64,000 bases of DNA, from positions 31,518,024-31,582,023 of the forward strand of contig JAHRHZ010000022.1 of the NCBI GenBank assembly GCA_024137785.1. The letters are read 5' to 3'. The notes below the pieces were generated by a model. The model had not been told where the DNA came from. It did no database searches and saw only the letters and a list, made by a program, of their open reading frames with translations. Below are positions 36,470 through 50,175 of this stretch, piece by piece; the first letter of the stretch is position 1, and each line of letters starts with the position of its first letter. Source of the stretch: Ginglymostoma cirratum. Its lineage: Eukaryota. A program made the translations under genes and the position numbers.

Positions 36470-37600
36470 GCCTTTGAAGTACTCACAGTAGTTTACTTCA
36501 CAAGGTAGAATTTTGTGGTATCAGTGAGAATTTGATACACTGCATTAAGAATTGGCTCCTATCCCGCAGGCTACAAATTGTGGTTAATGGTTGTGTATCA
36601 GCCTGGAAACAGGTTATCAGTGGTGTACTCAAGAGATTTGTAGGACCCTTAATGTTCACTGCTTTTTGTTAATGATCTGGACAGAATTTGGATGTGTGGT
36701 CAGCACATTTGCTGACAGTAAGAAAATTTATTAAGGCTGTAGAGTACCACAATTTTCTCCAAGAAGATCTAGATCTGTTCAGACAATGGCAAATGCCACT
36801 TTAATGCAGTGTGAGGTATGCAGCTGGGCCAATACAGCACCTATTCATCACATAAAAGGCATAATGCTGGGAATGACTGACAGAGAAAACAATCTAGTCC
36901 TTTTCCACTGATCATGACTGATGCAGTAAAGCCTCAGTCAAAGCAAACAAGGTGATGGGCCACATTCATAGGTACAAGACCAAAGGACGCTATTCTGCCC
37001 TAATGCAGGTCCATGGTTAGATTGCGTCTAAAGTACTGTGCCCACTTTAATTTCTATCACATAATAGATCATATCCTTGAAAAGGATTTGAAACAGTGCA
37101 ACATAAATAATTCCTATCTTGCATAACCTTAGCTTCTCTCAAAGACTTAAAGAGCTGAGTTTATTTACTTTAGAACAGCATAGGTTTGAAGGAGATTTGA
37201 TAGAGGTGCATAAAATAATGAAAGAGCAGAATCACGTTCACATTGAACATTTTGTTTGTTATTTGTTCAAAGGATGTGGGTGTCACTGGCTAGACTATCA
37301 TTTATTCCCCATCCTAATAACCCTGGAGACAAGAGTTGGTGAGCTGTCTTCTTGAGCCGCTGCACTCTTTAAGGTGCAGATACACTCCGTGCTCTTTGAA
37401 AGGGAGATTTTAACCCAATTTTCAGTTTGACAGGTTGGGGAGGGTATAGTGGTGCACATTTAAACTGTACAGCAATAAGAATGGAGTAGATATTAGGCAA
37501 TTCTTATTACCTTAGAGTGTTTTGGGCCTTGGGATATATTTCCAGGCAATCCAATTGGGTGTTGACTCTCTGCCCAACTGAGATACATTTTCAGCAGTGG
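36470..37600 (+). mobile_element. Old CR1 LINE RT to 3' region
   Basis: LNFQQAFE, IKNWL, VISGVLK, VNDLD, STFADS, SQRLKELSLFTLEQHRFEGDLIEVHKIMK. Confidence 0.75.
37255..37420 (-). mobile_element. Family B LINE 3' tail nested in CR1
   Basis: GGATGTGGGTGTCACTGGCTAG..CATTTATTCCCCATCC..GGTGAGCTGTCTTCTTGAGCCGCTGCA, colinear with 690-845. Confidence 0.75.
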
Positions 37601-38530
37601 ATTAAGCTGACACCATTTTAGGTACATGATTTGGCCTGGTGGTACTTCATGAAACTGTGCAGTGCTTCGGCCTGTCAGATGGTAGTATCAGTCCATATTG
37701 AACCAGTGACAGAAAAACAATATCATCAAAATATGTATATTCTCAGGCATTAGGTAGAAATTTATGCTGTCTACGGTGCTGAAGTTATATTCTAATTATT
37801 GTCAGTCGGAAGGCTGGATAGTTATTTCATTGTTAAGAGCATACTAAATGTTCTTGCCTTGGCGATGAAGTAACAGGGTCATTGTCACTCCTCTTGTTGT
37901 TTTTAAGCAGTTTTATGTTATCTACTAGACTGTAATGTTCTCTAAATTGGCTGTCCATTTTCTTGGAGAGTGTGTTCTACCTAAAGGTCAGCAAGGTTAA
38001 TAACACTGATGAGTCAAGGCAACATCCTTTTCAGCTATGATAGTTGGGAAGTTGAATGACTTGCTCTCTCACTGCATTCTCCAATGAATGTATTCCATTT
38101 GTAACTGGGCTTTTCAAACACCAGTCCTAAAGTATAGCAACAACGTATTCCAAATCTACTGAAATATTTGCTTCAATAAAATTGTACAGTTTTGTTTTAG
38201 TAAATATTTATGAATACCATTTAAGTTAATAAAGATGAGGAAGGAAATTACACCTCATTTTTAGAACTCCTGTAGACAAATGGATTTACATATCTAATAA
38301 GATTCTCTTCATCATTGGGTGCTTTGATGTGGGCGTGGAGCACTCTTCACATTATGCTTACTGACCTCCTTTGCTGTGTGCAATCTGAGAGGAACTGGTG
38401 CTGGCATTAGCTGCATTAAGGCAAACTATTGTTAAAGGAAGGTGCTTTAAATGGGTGTAAAATGCTCCATTTGATTACGAATCTGCCTGCTTCCAGAGTG
38501 GAAAAAGGAAATTTGTTGTTTATCTTACCC

Positions 38531-38726
38531 AGAAGTCACATGACACCTGGTTGCAGTCCAATCAGCTTATTTAAAATCACAACCTTACGGAGTGCTGCTT
38601 CTTCACCTGATTATTAAGCAGCAATCCAGAAGCTTTTGATTTTCAGTAAACCTGTTGGACTCCAACGTGGTGTTGTGTGACTTCTGACTTTGTCCACCCC
38701 AGTCCAACACCAGCACCTCTACATCA
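38531..38726. mobile_element. Hairpin Penelope-like terminal element (F4)
   Basis: AGAAGTCACA..AGTCCAA..TTAT..AAATCACA inverted against TGATTTT..TAAACCTGTTGGACT..TGTGACTTCT. The centre carries degenerate CUGAUGA-AGGAGC/GCUCC-GAAAGCUU motifs. TACCCAG is repeated at 38526-38532 and 38734-38740. Confidence 0.75.
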
Positions 38727-41700
38727 TATCATATACCCAGTATGGTGAATGACATAAGCCCACACTTGCTTTCAGACTGTCATGTTACTATGTCAACCAT
38801 TTTCCAGGCAGTTAGATTTGGTCCTCTTGCTCTCTGTTAAAAATTACCATATTAAAATGGGTGTGAAGCTGAGTCTGCTGACTTGACCCGATCTTTGCCC
38901 AACTTTTAACCCTATTTCATGAGGAGACTACACTAGATATAATATATATGCATGTCATGTATGTGCATAGGATTCAATGTATGTCCTTAGTGGCCGTAAT
39001 TTCCAATGTCTTAACTGATTGTTTTGACATTAATTAGTGGCAATTAATTCCTTCTGATAAATGACTGTATTGTTTCTTTGACACTCCTACCATGAAGCTA
39101 ACCTGAAACACCACATGTTATAACAACCATGCCAACTTCCAGAAGAATTCATCCATATATGAGCAGTAAGACATAATAGCCTCCCAGCCAACGTGAAATT
39201 AATTTTAATTTTAATGAGATCTCTGCAAGAAATGGTTGTTTTCTAGTGGCTATCGCTTGCAACAGCTTTTTTGTCCCACTAGAAAAGCTAGTGAGAATGA
39301 AAAAGAGGACTTCAGTATTCAATTGACGATAGAGAATGACTTCTGGAAAGCTGAGATACTGGGTTGTGAATTGTGTTAACAAGTTCTTTCCAGTGTTAAG
39401 AAAACTGAATTACAACACTAAAACATTCCACAGTACTTTCCGAGTAAGCTAGTATTAAATTTGAGTCTTGCTCACTTTTAGGGTAATTGTTTCTTTTAAA
39501 AGCAGCATTTCCAATTAACTGCTCAGATTTCAGGCCAGAAAATCATTTTCTCAATTAATCATGAGAACACTTTTGCAGCAAAAAGGATAACAAAAGTAAA
39601 ATTGGAATGGAAAATAATATTTTTCATTTTCGTTTAATCACGCAGTTATTTAGATCAACATAAACATCTTTTTTTCTGAGATTTACTGGGTGCAGCAATG
39701 CTGCGGTCCTTTGATTCTCCAGAACTTCGCATTCTTTGTGAGCCACATGATTAGACTTGACAACAGCAAAACTATACTCTGTGATTGATTCAGCACAACT
39801 CTCCTTTTAACCTGAACTTTTCTGATATATTTAGTAAACACTTTGAAGTCTACATTCCAAGTGCCCCTCTTGGTAAGGATTGTCACATTCACACTAACTA
39901 CTGCGTAAAATTTTCATGCAACACTTGAATTGCAACATTTTGATTTCGTTCCCCATCCTGATAAAATCTGGTTAAGAGAAATCAGTTGGAGCTTATTATC
40001 AATCATTAGTTGAAAGTGATTGGGGCTATCTTCGTATTTGGAATTGAATCATTGATTTACTTCCCATTTTTCTGATTATGCCTACTTTCATTATTTGACT
40101 GTAAGGTCTTTGTTGAAATCAATAAATAAAAAGATACATTGCCTATCTTTGGGCTGCATGGGGCAAATGGAATTAGACAATGTGCCAATTACTACAGTTA
40201 TTGAGGCATTTACTTTGGGAGAGGACATTTTGAATGACATCAAGGTCTTTCTGCAGATTTGCAGTTTTGTTTTAAGAAAAGAATGCAAGCTCTTAATTGT
40301 GTAACAGTCCCAAGAGGAGAAGTGTTCATTTACTAATTGTAATGCGTAGGCAGCACACTTCCATGGCACTGTTATCGCACACAGTCAGAGTGATGAGGCT
40401 GTTGACTACATTAATTTGAATGCTTCGTTAATGACATCCCCAACATTAAGGCAGGTGAACAGAATGCCTTACAATTACCTGCAAATCTACCTAACGTAAA
40501 AACACATGACAGTTTGCTACCACTTTGCCTGATGTCAAAAATAAACACAATTACACAGACTTACTCAGGTTACTCCATTACCCTGCACTGGTTTCTAATT
40601 TATAACAATGTGATTTTTTTTGGGAAGGAAAATATAATTTTAATTATTCTTGGGAATTGCCAATTAACTAACTCATTGGTCAATTCTGCATGTCTGAAGA
40701 TTCTCTCTCTTAACCTCCATTTCTCACATTCCTCTTCATTTTCTCTTTCTTTTACATTTTCTCACAAGTACAGTATATTGAGAATGGGAAACAAACAGCC
40801 AGATAATACAGCCAGTTTTCCCTATATTTTAGCATCCAAAAAATGGTTACTGTATGCCAATGATACAATAGAATTTTCAAATCATTTCCACATGTTCTGA
40901 GCCAGACTGCTCACAGGTGAAGGGCATGAGACATATTCAAAGTGCTTCTTTTCAGCTCCATGGATAAAGCCGCACCAAATTTCCACTCATATTCAATCAA
41001 TAAATTATTTTGAATGGAATGAGGAAAAGTAACAATTACATTCTTTTATTCTGGTCGACTAGACTATCGTTGAGATGTTTGTATTGTGTTTTCGGAAACT
41101 TGAGCTGTAACGTAAGCAGCAAGCTTTTAAGCACATTTTGTACGCACAATTTCCCACTTGCATCCAACAGAGAAATTTTACTCCCTATTACTATTCAAGG
41201 TACAGTCAGAATCAACAGAACTTTGTCTAAAAGTGTACTATAACTCAATGATATTTTCTTAATTTTATTTCTGTCAGTTCCAGGGAACGCTGTGATTTGC
41301 CACAATGTTTTCAATCACTAGAATAATTCACTTCTATAACGTCGATGTCACTTATACAACAGATTTAATTTACATATTTAATGCGATATTGTTTCACTTC
41401 TGGAGCAAAATTGGAATGTAACCTATTGCCAGTAATGATGTGGTGGGAACTGTCCTCTTAAGGCATGGCTCTGGAATGAGGAGTGTAAATGTTTGCCTGC
41501 AGCATGAGGCATGCGGTTGCTGAGCAACAAATGCTTTAACAGGACAATGTCACCTCACTGGAGTCCTTGTGGTCTTAAAGTGATACAAACATTACAGCCA
41601 ATGTTTGTAATCTGAGTTGCGTATTAAGATTTGGTATATTGTAAGTGTGGCAGAAACGATGTCAGTGGTAATTAGATTCCAATAGAATTCCCTCTTGGGA

Positions 41701-43518
41701 TTCTAAGATAGTCAATTGCACAGTTTGTAAGAAAATGTTGCCTAAAATGTACCCTGCATGGCCCTGCAGTTTTACAGTTGAATTCTGGTGCCAGAGGCTG
41801 CAGAGCTCATAACAGGTGCCACACTGGAGCTGTCTTCTGCTGGGTCCTTCATCCCAGTATAAAATTGTTTTGGTCACATATTTGTATAAGTGTGCCAATT
41901 ATACTTTGCATAACAGCCGTACTTTGGCAGTGTGTTCATAAATTTTAAACTAATTAATCGTGCATTTATAACAATTAACAGAGCAATTTATTAGGAAAGC
42001 GCAGGCAACAAATATACACCTCGTCTAATTGCACCCATGGTGGAGAGATTTCATATCTGCCTTTTTGTAGCAGTGTTACACCAACTACACCTGACACCTG
42101 CAAATGACTATTTGTATTTGAATAAATAAACGTATGCATGGCCATGCAGTGAGAGATATATTAACATTTAAAGATGAGATGGGAAGGTAGATGTCACAAT
42201 GTGTTATAGCAGCTAATTTTTAATGCAGTAAATATTTTGTAATTTCAGATGTAAATATCCTGCTAGCACCGACATCTTTTTTGATGTTAGAAAATAAAAC
42301 TCTTCATTTATCTACTATAATGATCTTAATGCGATGTATTGCAGAATCTGCAAGCTGTATTAATGTTTGCAGATGTTATCATGTGGCAGGTTGTGAATTT
42401 GTATTTCGAAAAGACCAGACACGTACAGAACTGAATTCAAAATGTGCAAAGTCTTCAGTGAATTAAGCTGAGGGTGATAAAATAGAATTCAACACAATGG
42501 CAGTTTAATTTTGTAATGTGAGAACATCAAAATATTGTAGGGTTTATGCTAATTGAAGAATAAGCCAAAGATATCTTCAACGTGGTCCAATAGACTTTTA
42601 ATTCATGAAAGATGTGTATCTTTTAATGGAACATTTCCCATTTTCAATCTGTGTAAATGACTTTATCATCCTGTAGTTAATGAGAATTACATCCATGCAA
42701 TCTGCATATTGATACATCTCCACAGATCATTTTGTACCTCTGTACACCAGAGTGTTCCACTTGGAAATTTGCATGCTTATTATTCTTTATCAACACCAGC
42801 CTCAGTTGCATTTTGCTGTAGCATCGTAAAGCAGCAATAGCCATTTGTTGATAAATTGAAACAAGAGGGAAGGAATAAAATGAATATACTTCCCTGAATA
42901 AATGACGATAAATGCAGGCATGTTTAAAGGTCTCATATTGCCTTGAATCCTGTATATGTGGCGATAATGGATGCATAAATGTTCAGTGTACCTCCAAGGT
43001 GAATGCTGTCGATTCACATGCACTGTGATTGCAGGTTCTTGTACTTAAAGCAATAAGAGTTGTTGAGAAGCTAAAATGCTGCCCCAGTACTTCGTACTCT
43101 CAACCACAGATGCCTTTTAACACCTGGAAAATGGTTGATGCTCAATTTCTACTGAGGGCAAATTTTAAATTTCAGCCAGTATTCTAAAAGAGAAACCGAG
43201 CTGGAGAAGACAGATTTGTCCTTGTGTTGCTCAAATGCAGAAGCGAGGAGGTCAATAAAGGAGTATAACTCATGGCATCAAAGAAGGTATTTGCAGGTTA
43301 GATCTTTGGCTGATAGCTGAAAGCTCTATCAACCTGACCTGCAAGTTAATTCTAATAACACTCTGATGACTGGCTGAAAGGACAGGGAATAGCAGAAAGA
43401 TTATTTGGAACATGAACCAAAACAGTAGTTTACGTCTTAAGTCTGGCATTAAATTACAATTAACTAATCCATTTTGTTAACACTTACACTTTCTTTTCTT
43501 CACGGAGTAAAGATTTTC

Positions 43519-43797
43519 AAGGTGAAATTGGTCTCAACGAGCAAAACAAGATCCTGTTATATCAGCATCTGATTTCTCACTGCGCTCAGTCTTAATTCCA
43601 CTGAAGTTCACAGAATGATCATTGTTTTTGAAGACTCATTTTCTGGTTTCACTGTTGTGGTTACATGGTTCGAGATTAAAAATCTTAACAATATTTTCCA
43701 AGTCAATGGAAAAAGCAAACTGGTGCAGGGAGAAATCCGCTTCTGATTCACTTACGACCCATTCTGCAGTGCTGGAAATAGGCCAATTTTATACCCC
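43519..43797. mobile_element. Possible old MITE (Harbinger-like TIRs)
   Basis: AAGGTGAAATTGGTCT .. AGGCCAATTTTATACCCC imperfect terminal inverted repeats; internal TTCCACTGAAGTTCA and AAGTCAATGGAA motifs. Confidence 0.35.
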
Positions 43798-44720
43798 AAA
43801 TCTCTATATTTGAGTTGTTACTCAGCAATGCATAAAAAAAGTTTTTTTTGTGTGTGTCTGAAGCAAAAGATTTTCAAAGAGAATCTGAAGCAGAATGTCT
43901 ACTTCCCACTGAGCAACTATCTAATCCATACGTATTATTTTAGCAATCAATGAACCATTAAAATACTGATATGGAATCACATGTTTTATAAAAGACAGCA
44001 TGTGAATGATAACTTGCTTTGGGGCAAATGGTTATATTTGATCCTTGACCAAGCACTTATGATGGTGACTTTGTACGTGGTTAAATGTAAGTTTTAAGTC
44101 AGTTTCTGCTGGACATTTCATGTATTTTGGCAATCTAAATCAGAAAGTATTTAGGGTTATTTATAACATCCACATCTCATCATATCTCTGCAAGGATAGT
44201 CACCTGGATCAATTGTGCAAGGCAGTGTGCAATTTATGGTAATATTTATTTTTCCAATCAGTGACACAGAATTTTACATTGAAAATCTTTTGACTGATTT
44301 TATTAGATTGTTTTAATTTAGAAAATAGTGGGCACATTAGGCAACCAACAGTAACACGGGGTTTAGCAATGCATTATATATCTTCTATTGTCTATTTAAT
44401 TATTCACAAAATACTTGCAAGACAAAATAGACATTAGAAAGCAAACCTGTCCGTCACAGAAATAGAGCTGAAAAATTCTGAGGTTAAAGAATTTGAGATT
44501 GTTTTGGGCTTCATGTTAAAAAAACTGACAAATAGTCTGCTAATATATGTTGGCAAGCATGCGTATGAAGAAGTATAAAATGAAACGGGAATGCTAGTGC
44601 CTTGATAAGTACTTGTACATAGATTTGTGTTCCAATAATAGGCATCAGTCTGACTGTTACACACTTCCCTTTGCTGAAGTATTCCATCATAGATCACAGT
44701 AATCCTCCATTTAAACGCCA

Positions 44721-45249
44721 GGGACTGAATTTCCCACTTTCAATGGAAGTGTGTTTGAGTGAGATTCATGGCACTCAGAGTGCCTATTCTCATACAACGT
44801 TTGCCCCTTCACCTCACTAATTATGCATCTGTGTTGTATACCCTTCTTGTGTGGCAGGAAAGGCAGAAGAGCTGGTCACTGCCAGGCTGTGACATTCACA
44901 CTGCTGGCACTATGTTTAAAAGCCACACCGTGTGGAGCTGGAGGAACACAGCAGGTCAGGCAGCATCAGAGGAGCAGGAAAGTTGACATCTCGGATTGAA
45001 ACCCTTCTTCATTTGCTGAAATCTATGAGCTCTGGTTGGACTTAACATCTGACTGACACTGGCCAACCCCCAGAATGTAATCAGGCAAGCTCCTTGACTT
45101 GTCTGTGATGGTACTCCCCGACTCACTCTCAGGGAATTGGAAATATTTTTTCTCGACACCCAGATTCTGAGTGCTTTCATTCTTTCCATAACTTCGCAAT
45201 TTTCTTGCCATTGCCCACGTTACTCCAGAGAGGGCAAGATTCTGCCCCA
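44721..45249. mobile_element. Non-autonomous Harbinger-like MITE
   Basis: Ends GGGACTGAATTTCC and GCAAGATTCTGCCCC; internal inverted GCACTCAGA/TCTGAGTGC. Confidence 0.55.
44925..45010 (-). mobile_element. Single arm of an F1 Penelope-like terminus inserted in the MITE
   Basis: GTGTGGAGCTGGAGGAACACAGCAGGTCAGGCAGCATCAGAGGAGCAGGAAAGTTGACATCTCGGATTGAAACCCTTCTTCA; the minus strand begins at UGAAGA of the hammerhead core. Confidence 0.85.
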
Positions 45250-46984
45250 AGTTTCTGTGTGGACATCTTCCTAACGGTACGAGGCTAAATGACTCATTTA
45301 ATCTCGTTATCCTTTTATGTAAATATTATCAGAATTTTTTTCAAAACTCCGCATTGTGGAGTAAGGCTAATCATAAGTCTCTTTTATTGTTGCCTGATCA
45401 TGCTGCAAAATTGTTAATATATGAATTACTGCAATCAGTCCAAGAGTTTGAAGTAATCTTTTCCTAAAAAGATATGAGGATTTTCTGCTTTACACAAAGA
45501 ATCAGCAACTTCTGAAAGAGGTTCCTGATAGAGAATAAAGGCAAGAAACATGTAATAATGCTTTCTTTTTTTAAAAAAAAGCTAGATACAGCAATGAGGT
45601 GATGTTTCCAAACCTCTGAAATGCTTTAATCAGCCTCCCTTATTGGTATTCCCTTATTACATTCAGACTAGTTCCATACTAAGTCTCAAACATGAAATAC
45701 CATGTTAACCCACTGCAACTCTCTTATTGCCTGCATTTTAAATAAAAATTACTTAATATGGAGAAGTAATTAATTTATATTGTGCCAATTTATTAAATAA
45801 AATCTAACTTTGACATTCAGTTCTTTTGAATTATGCATGTACTTTGGGAAAGGACGTTAGCTTTTTTTCCAGATAAAATGTTTTATTACCCACACCATTA
45901 AACATTTGATAATAAAAGTTTAGCTGAAATATGGTTATAATTATAGTTCTGTCGGTGAGCAGGCTGAGATCCTGTTGCATTTTGAGTGTGCCTTGTGAAG
46001 CAGAACGGAAGATTTGAGGACTTGCGTGTGCAATAGGAATTTTTCCTATTTTATTGTCATTCATATGACCAAAGAGCTTCTGATGAATGTGGCATTATGA
46101 AGGGATCAGTTCACTACGCAAAAAACATATTGATAATGGGTCCTATTTGGGGCTATTAATATTAAAAAAAAGATCTGAACACCTGGTAATCAATTCACAG
46201 AACTACTCCTCAGATTTCACGTCTTCAAATGAAAACAAACTTCAATGCTTTCTTAAGTTCTTACGTGAGATCACTTTTGACATGACATTACAATATCTAA
46301 TTACTTATGCTGTTTATGGACTCCATTAGGGCTCAATTCTATTTTGTAGTACCCCACTCACACCAAACATTTGCACCTTCCCGTCCCTCGCAAGTATTCC
46401 CTTGTATGTTATGACAATCTTGAAGGTTCTTCTCTTCTTAACGATCAATCCACAAAGCCTGAGTGACACTTCAAAATTCTTTGATTTTCTTCACTGTTCA
46501 GCTATTCTTTGAGGGTTTATTTTTTGGGGATCTGGTGATTCACTTCTGAGCTGAATGATCTTTCCATCGTTTATTTTATACCTGGTGACAATGAATTCCT
46601 CAGCTCCTTAATCTGGTTCCTGACAGATACCTAACTGCCTTCTCACAGCTTCCAAGCTTATTCTGCTAAAGCCTTTCTGCTACAAGACTCGGTGAGGACC
46701 ATTGTGGACTACTTCCACTAGTTGCAAGAAAGTTCCTAGTTCCAGCTGGTTAGCTTGTTTTTTCCTCATAAAATCCAAACTGAGATTGCGTCCTACTCGC
46801 ATTCCATGGTGAGGTGTGGTAGGGAATGTTGGAAGTTGTATGTTCTCCACTTCAAATCCAGATCTAACTGTCAATTTTCTGTGCGATCTTTCAATCCAGT
46901 GAGGTAAAGTCATATACCACAGTGATGTGTCACCTGCCTCTGACAATTGACAACTCCCTTGCCTTTCAACAATCACAGCCAGGA

Positions 46985-47110
46985 GAAAGGTCTTGTAGTG
47001 CAGTGGTAGCGTCCCTATCTCTGGGCCAGAAGGTTCAGCTTCAAGTTGTGCTTCAGGATGTGATGGCCATGAATGATTGTCATAACACTTCCAACACCAG
47101 ATAAATTAAA
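46985..47110 (+). mobile_element. tRNA-SINE 5' fragment (family also at 63270-63620)
   Basis: TGTAGTGCAGTGGTAGCGTCCCTATCTCTGGGCCAGAAGG..CTTCAAGT, a tRNA-like A/B box head. Confidence 0.55.
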
Positions 47111-47282
47111 CCTTCCATCCCTACAACCCAACACAGTGGCATTGTGGCATGCTTTGGGATTTCTCAAATTATTTTACTTGCGTGCTACTCTTTGATTTTG
47201 CAATGAACGTGAATAATGTATATTGTTTATGTAGTTTTTACAACCCTTTCTCCAGAACGGCAGGATCCACCAAGACATTACA

Positions 47283-49310
47283 TGGACTGAACCTCACAAT
47301 TTTTTTGGTTAAGTCTGTCTTTTCTGAAGGGATTTCAGCTCCATCAGCCTATTGAGTCTGTTGGTGCATCTTACCAAACTCACCTAATTAGCAATCCTGA
47401 ACTTGATTGTCACGTCCAATTCCGGCCCCATCTTAGCATATTCCATTCCCAGAACAGTTCGCCACTCAGTGGATATCCACTGAAAGACCAGTGTCCGTAG
47501 TATTTGTAAATAGCCATTATCCAGCCAAACAAACGCTGGCATTTGAAGCTGCACTCATCAGCCACAGACAGAATTTGAATATGTCAGGGAAGGGGTAGAT
47601 GGTGCAATGATTCTCCAGTAGGGACCCGGAGGCCCTATGGGTAGAATGTTACAGAAGAGAGGTATTCATTTCCCAGAGGACCAGCAGTGGAGGCCACAAC
47701 ACCAGACCCTAGCTGCTTGGTCGAAGGTTGCCACTTGGGTCAGTGCCAGAATTAGATCAATGACCTTCGCTGCTCCACCAGGGTAAGTGTTGCGCATTTC
47801 TCTCTGCTACCACTCCGTCCCTGAGACTGCACTTACCTCCCACCAAACCTCATGCTTTTACCACTCTCACTATTGCCTGCAACAGCTTCCCTCATTCTTT
47901 CTCCTGCCCAACTTTCCACACCAACTCAACCTATTGCCCTCTGTGTTGCCCCCTCACTACTTCAGACTACTTCAGCATCTTTCCCCCTCCTGAGTCAACA
48001 GTAACATCTCTGCTATCATCTCACTCAACCCCTCCCTTCTTTCATTTCAGTGGAAGACAGCCATAAGAAGGCAGAAATGGATGGAGGGCTGGCGAACATT
48101 AAGCTGCTCACCCCTTTCTAGGCCTTGCAGGAGAAAACCAGGACTGCTCCTGTGGGGATGTCAAAACATCCATGTCCCAAAAAAACCAGTAATCACCAAT
48201 CTTCATTCTCTCTCATGAACCCTGCTATCAACCTCTTCCATTGCACACCACTTCTAACCACTAGCTATGATGCCTTTTCTCTCTTGTGTCTTATGGGTAC
48301 AACCAGCATGTCTACCACATCCTTGGTGAAATGCATGGCTTCCCCAGAGGCCACATCCTTGACTTCTGAGGATGTTAGTAACTAGACTTCGGAGGGAGCG
48401 TCAGCAAGGCTGCCTCCTGAAGCCCTCACCAGCTCAGATACTGACACCTCAGGTGGGAATGTTAATGATAGTACACTTGAGAGCACAATCCATTGAGCAC
48501 CTCACCGTGACAACTCTGCACAGGAAGAAAGACTCAGGCCAGTGATACTCGGAGGGCTGAGGAGACCTCACATGTGCTCTGCCTCAATGAGAAGAGGACC
48601 TTGTGGCGTCAATAGTTAGGGACATTGTCCACATGCACAGGGAGGAAGAGGACCAACAGACAGCCAAGTAGGGCATAATGGTCCTTGTTGCTCAGGAGCT
48701 GCCCAGTGCAATGTATATGTATCATAGAACCAACTGTCTGCACTCATGGATAGGTTGCTAGTTGCCATGGAAAACCCGGTTCTGCACCCTCAAGGTGTGC
48801 TGGAGAGACACACACACACACACATGGACACATCAGCAATGGCTTCCAGGACCCCAGCCGTTGGGCCTTAGGACCTCAGGCATGGGGGCAGGGAGCCTGG
48901 TGCTTACATTCCTCACATGAAGAAAGGGTAGAACCAGGATGCACCCAGCTCGAGGAGGAACCTTGCACAGTCCCCTCAGATGTCTCCACTCAGAACACCC
49001 AAAGGCACTGGGTCCTCTATGTACGTCCTGCCTGCCCCCATCCAACCTTTGGAAGTGACAGTCGAGGAGGATCTGGGATGAAGACCTTCAGCATGTCTGG
49101 CCCATCCAGACACAATCACTCCTTTGGAGGGGCTGACCAAATCCCTAGGGCCAGAGGTCTCCATTACTGAGCAGGCTCCTGTAGAACCAAGGGTTCACTA
49201 AGGCATAGTGGAAGGGAGAGAAAGACGGAGGCTTACTGAAGGCACTTTAGTGACACCAGTAGCAGTGGGTGATTTTTTACTTTGTACTTTTTGTTAATAG
49301 GTGAGCCTCG
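47283..49310 (+). mobile_element. PIF/Harbinger relic, same family as 31600-34239, opposite orientation
   Basis: Terminus GGACTGAA..TTTTTTGGTTAAGT. From 47581: MSGKG*MVQ*FSSRDPEAL..QTLAAWSKVATWVSA..INDLRCSTR, a GTAAGT donor at ~47783, an acceptor TTCATTTCAG at ~48050, then KTA. Confidence 0.75.
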
Positions 49311-49344
49311 GACAATACACTGTGGAAGTTCTGTAGAGTTGTCC

Positions 49345-49750
49345 TTGAGCTGAGATGAGTGGCCTCCAATTACCACAACCATCTTCCTTCGTGCTAAGTC
49401 TGACTCCAATCAGTGGTAGATTTCCTCTGATCCCCATTTGACTTCAGTTTTTCACAGGGTCTTGATGTCACATTTGGTTTAATGCTGCCTTGATGTCAAG
49501 GGCAGTCGATCTAATTTCATCTCTTTGATTCAACCTTTTTATCCCCGTATCAGGAATGAGGATATGATGAGGAGTCATGTTGACACTGGTGTTTTCTTCC
49601 TTATAATGATGTTTGAGAGTACACTCATGGGGCTGGGTTGGATTTGACCTGGTGGTTATGGACAGGACACACCAGGGTATATTTCACATCATCGGGAAGT
49701 AGTGGTTGGACTGGAACAGGTTGGCTATGGACACGGTTAGTTCAGTAGCT
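49345..49750 (-). mobile_element. Family B LINE RT fragment
   Basis: Plus-strand AATGCTGCCTTGATGTCAAGGGCAGTC corresponds to minus-strand TALDIKAAL (RT motif); also CCAATTACCACAACCATCTTCCTT. Confidence 0.7.
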
Positions 49751-50084
49751 AAGACTACTCAAGAGGTCTATTGGTTTCATTAAACCAACATAAAATATCC
49801 TCTATTGTTTATTATTTACAGTTCCATCTTATAATGTAAGTGTAGGTCACCTTCTTAGCAGTAACTAACCAAGGTATTGCTCGAATTGCATTTACATCAG
49901 AATTATTTCCAGTTTCTCAAGCAGATGTCCTCTTATGCTGCATTTAATATTTTAACCTCCAGCCGAAAAGTTACATTCCTTAAATTAAAAGTTAGGTTCA
50001 AAAACAGAGGAATTCTGAACGAGATATTTACAACAGTAACAGTGGTTTTCATTTGTAATATCGATGAAGTTTTCAGTGGCAATT

Positions 50085-50175
50085 AAACTCCTTTAAGCCT
50101 ATTGTAACAGAAAAAAGGTGAAGCAATTTGCATCGGTTGCCTAGGAACAAGCTTTGCGTGCTTAATGGCAGTTCA
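50085..50175. promoter_or_regulatory. Candidate enhancer core: Sox-like site, octamer, RFX X-box
   Basis: CTATTGT (~50099-50105), ATTTGCAT (50126-50133) and GTTGCCTAGGAAC (50136-50148) in repeat-free sequence. Motif matches only. Confidence 0.3.

Noticed and set aside
43291-43344. Imperfect stem-loop TTGCAGGTTAG..CTGACCTGCAA
   Set aside because: Large asymmetric internal loop; no recognisable ncRNA family motif.
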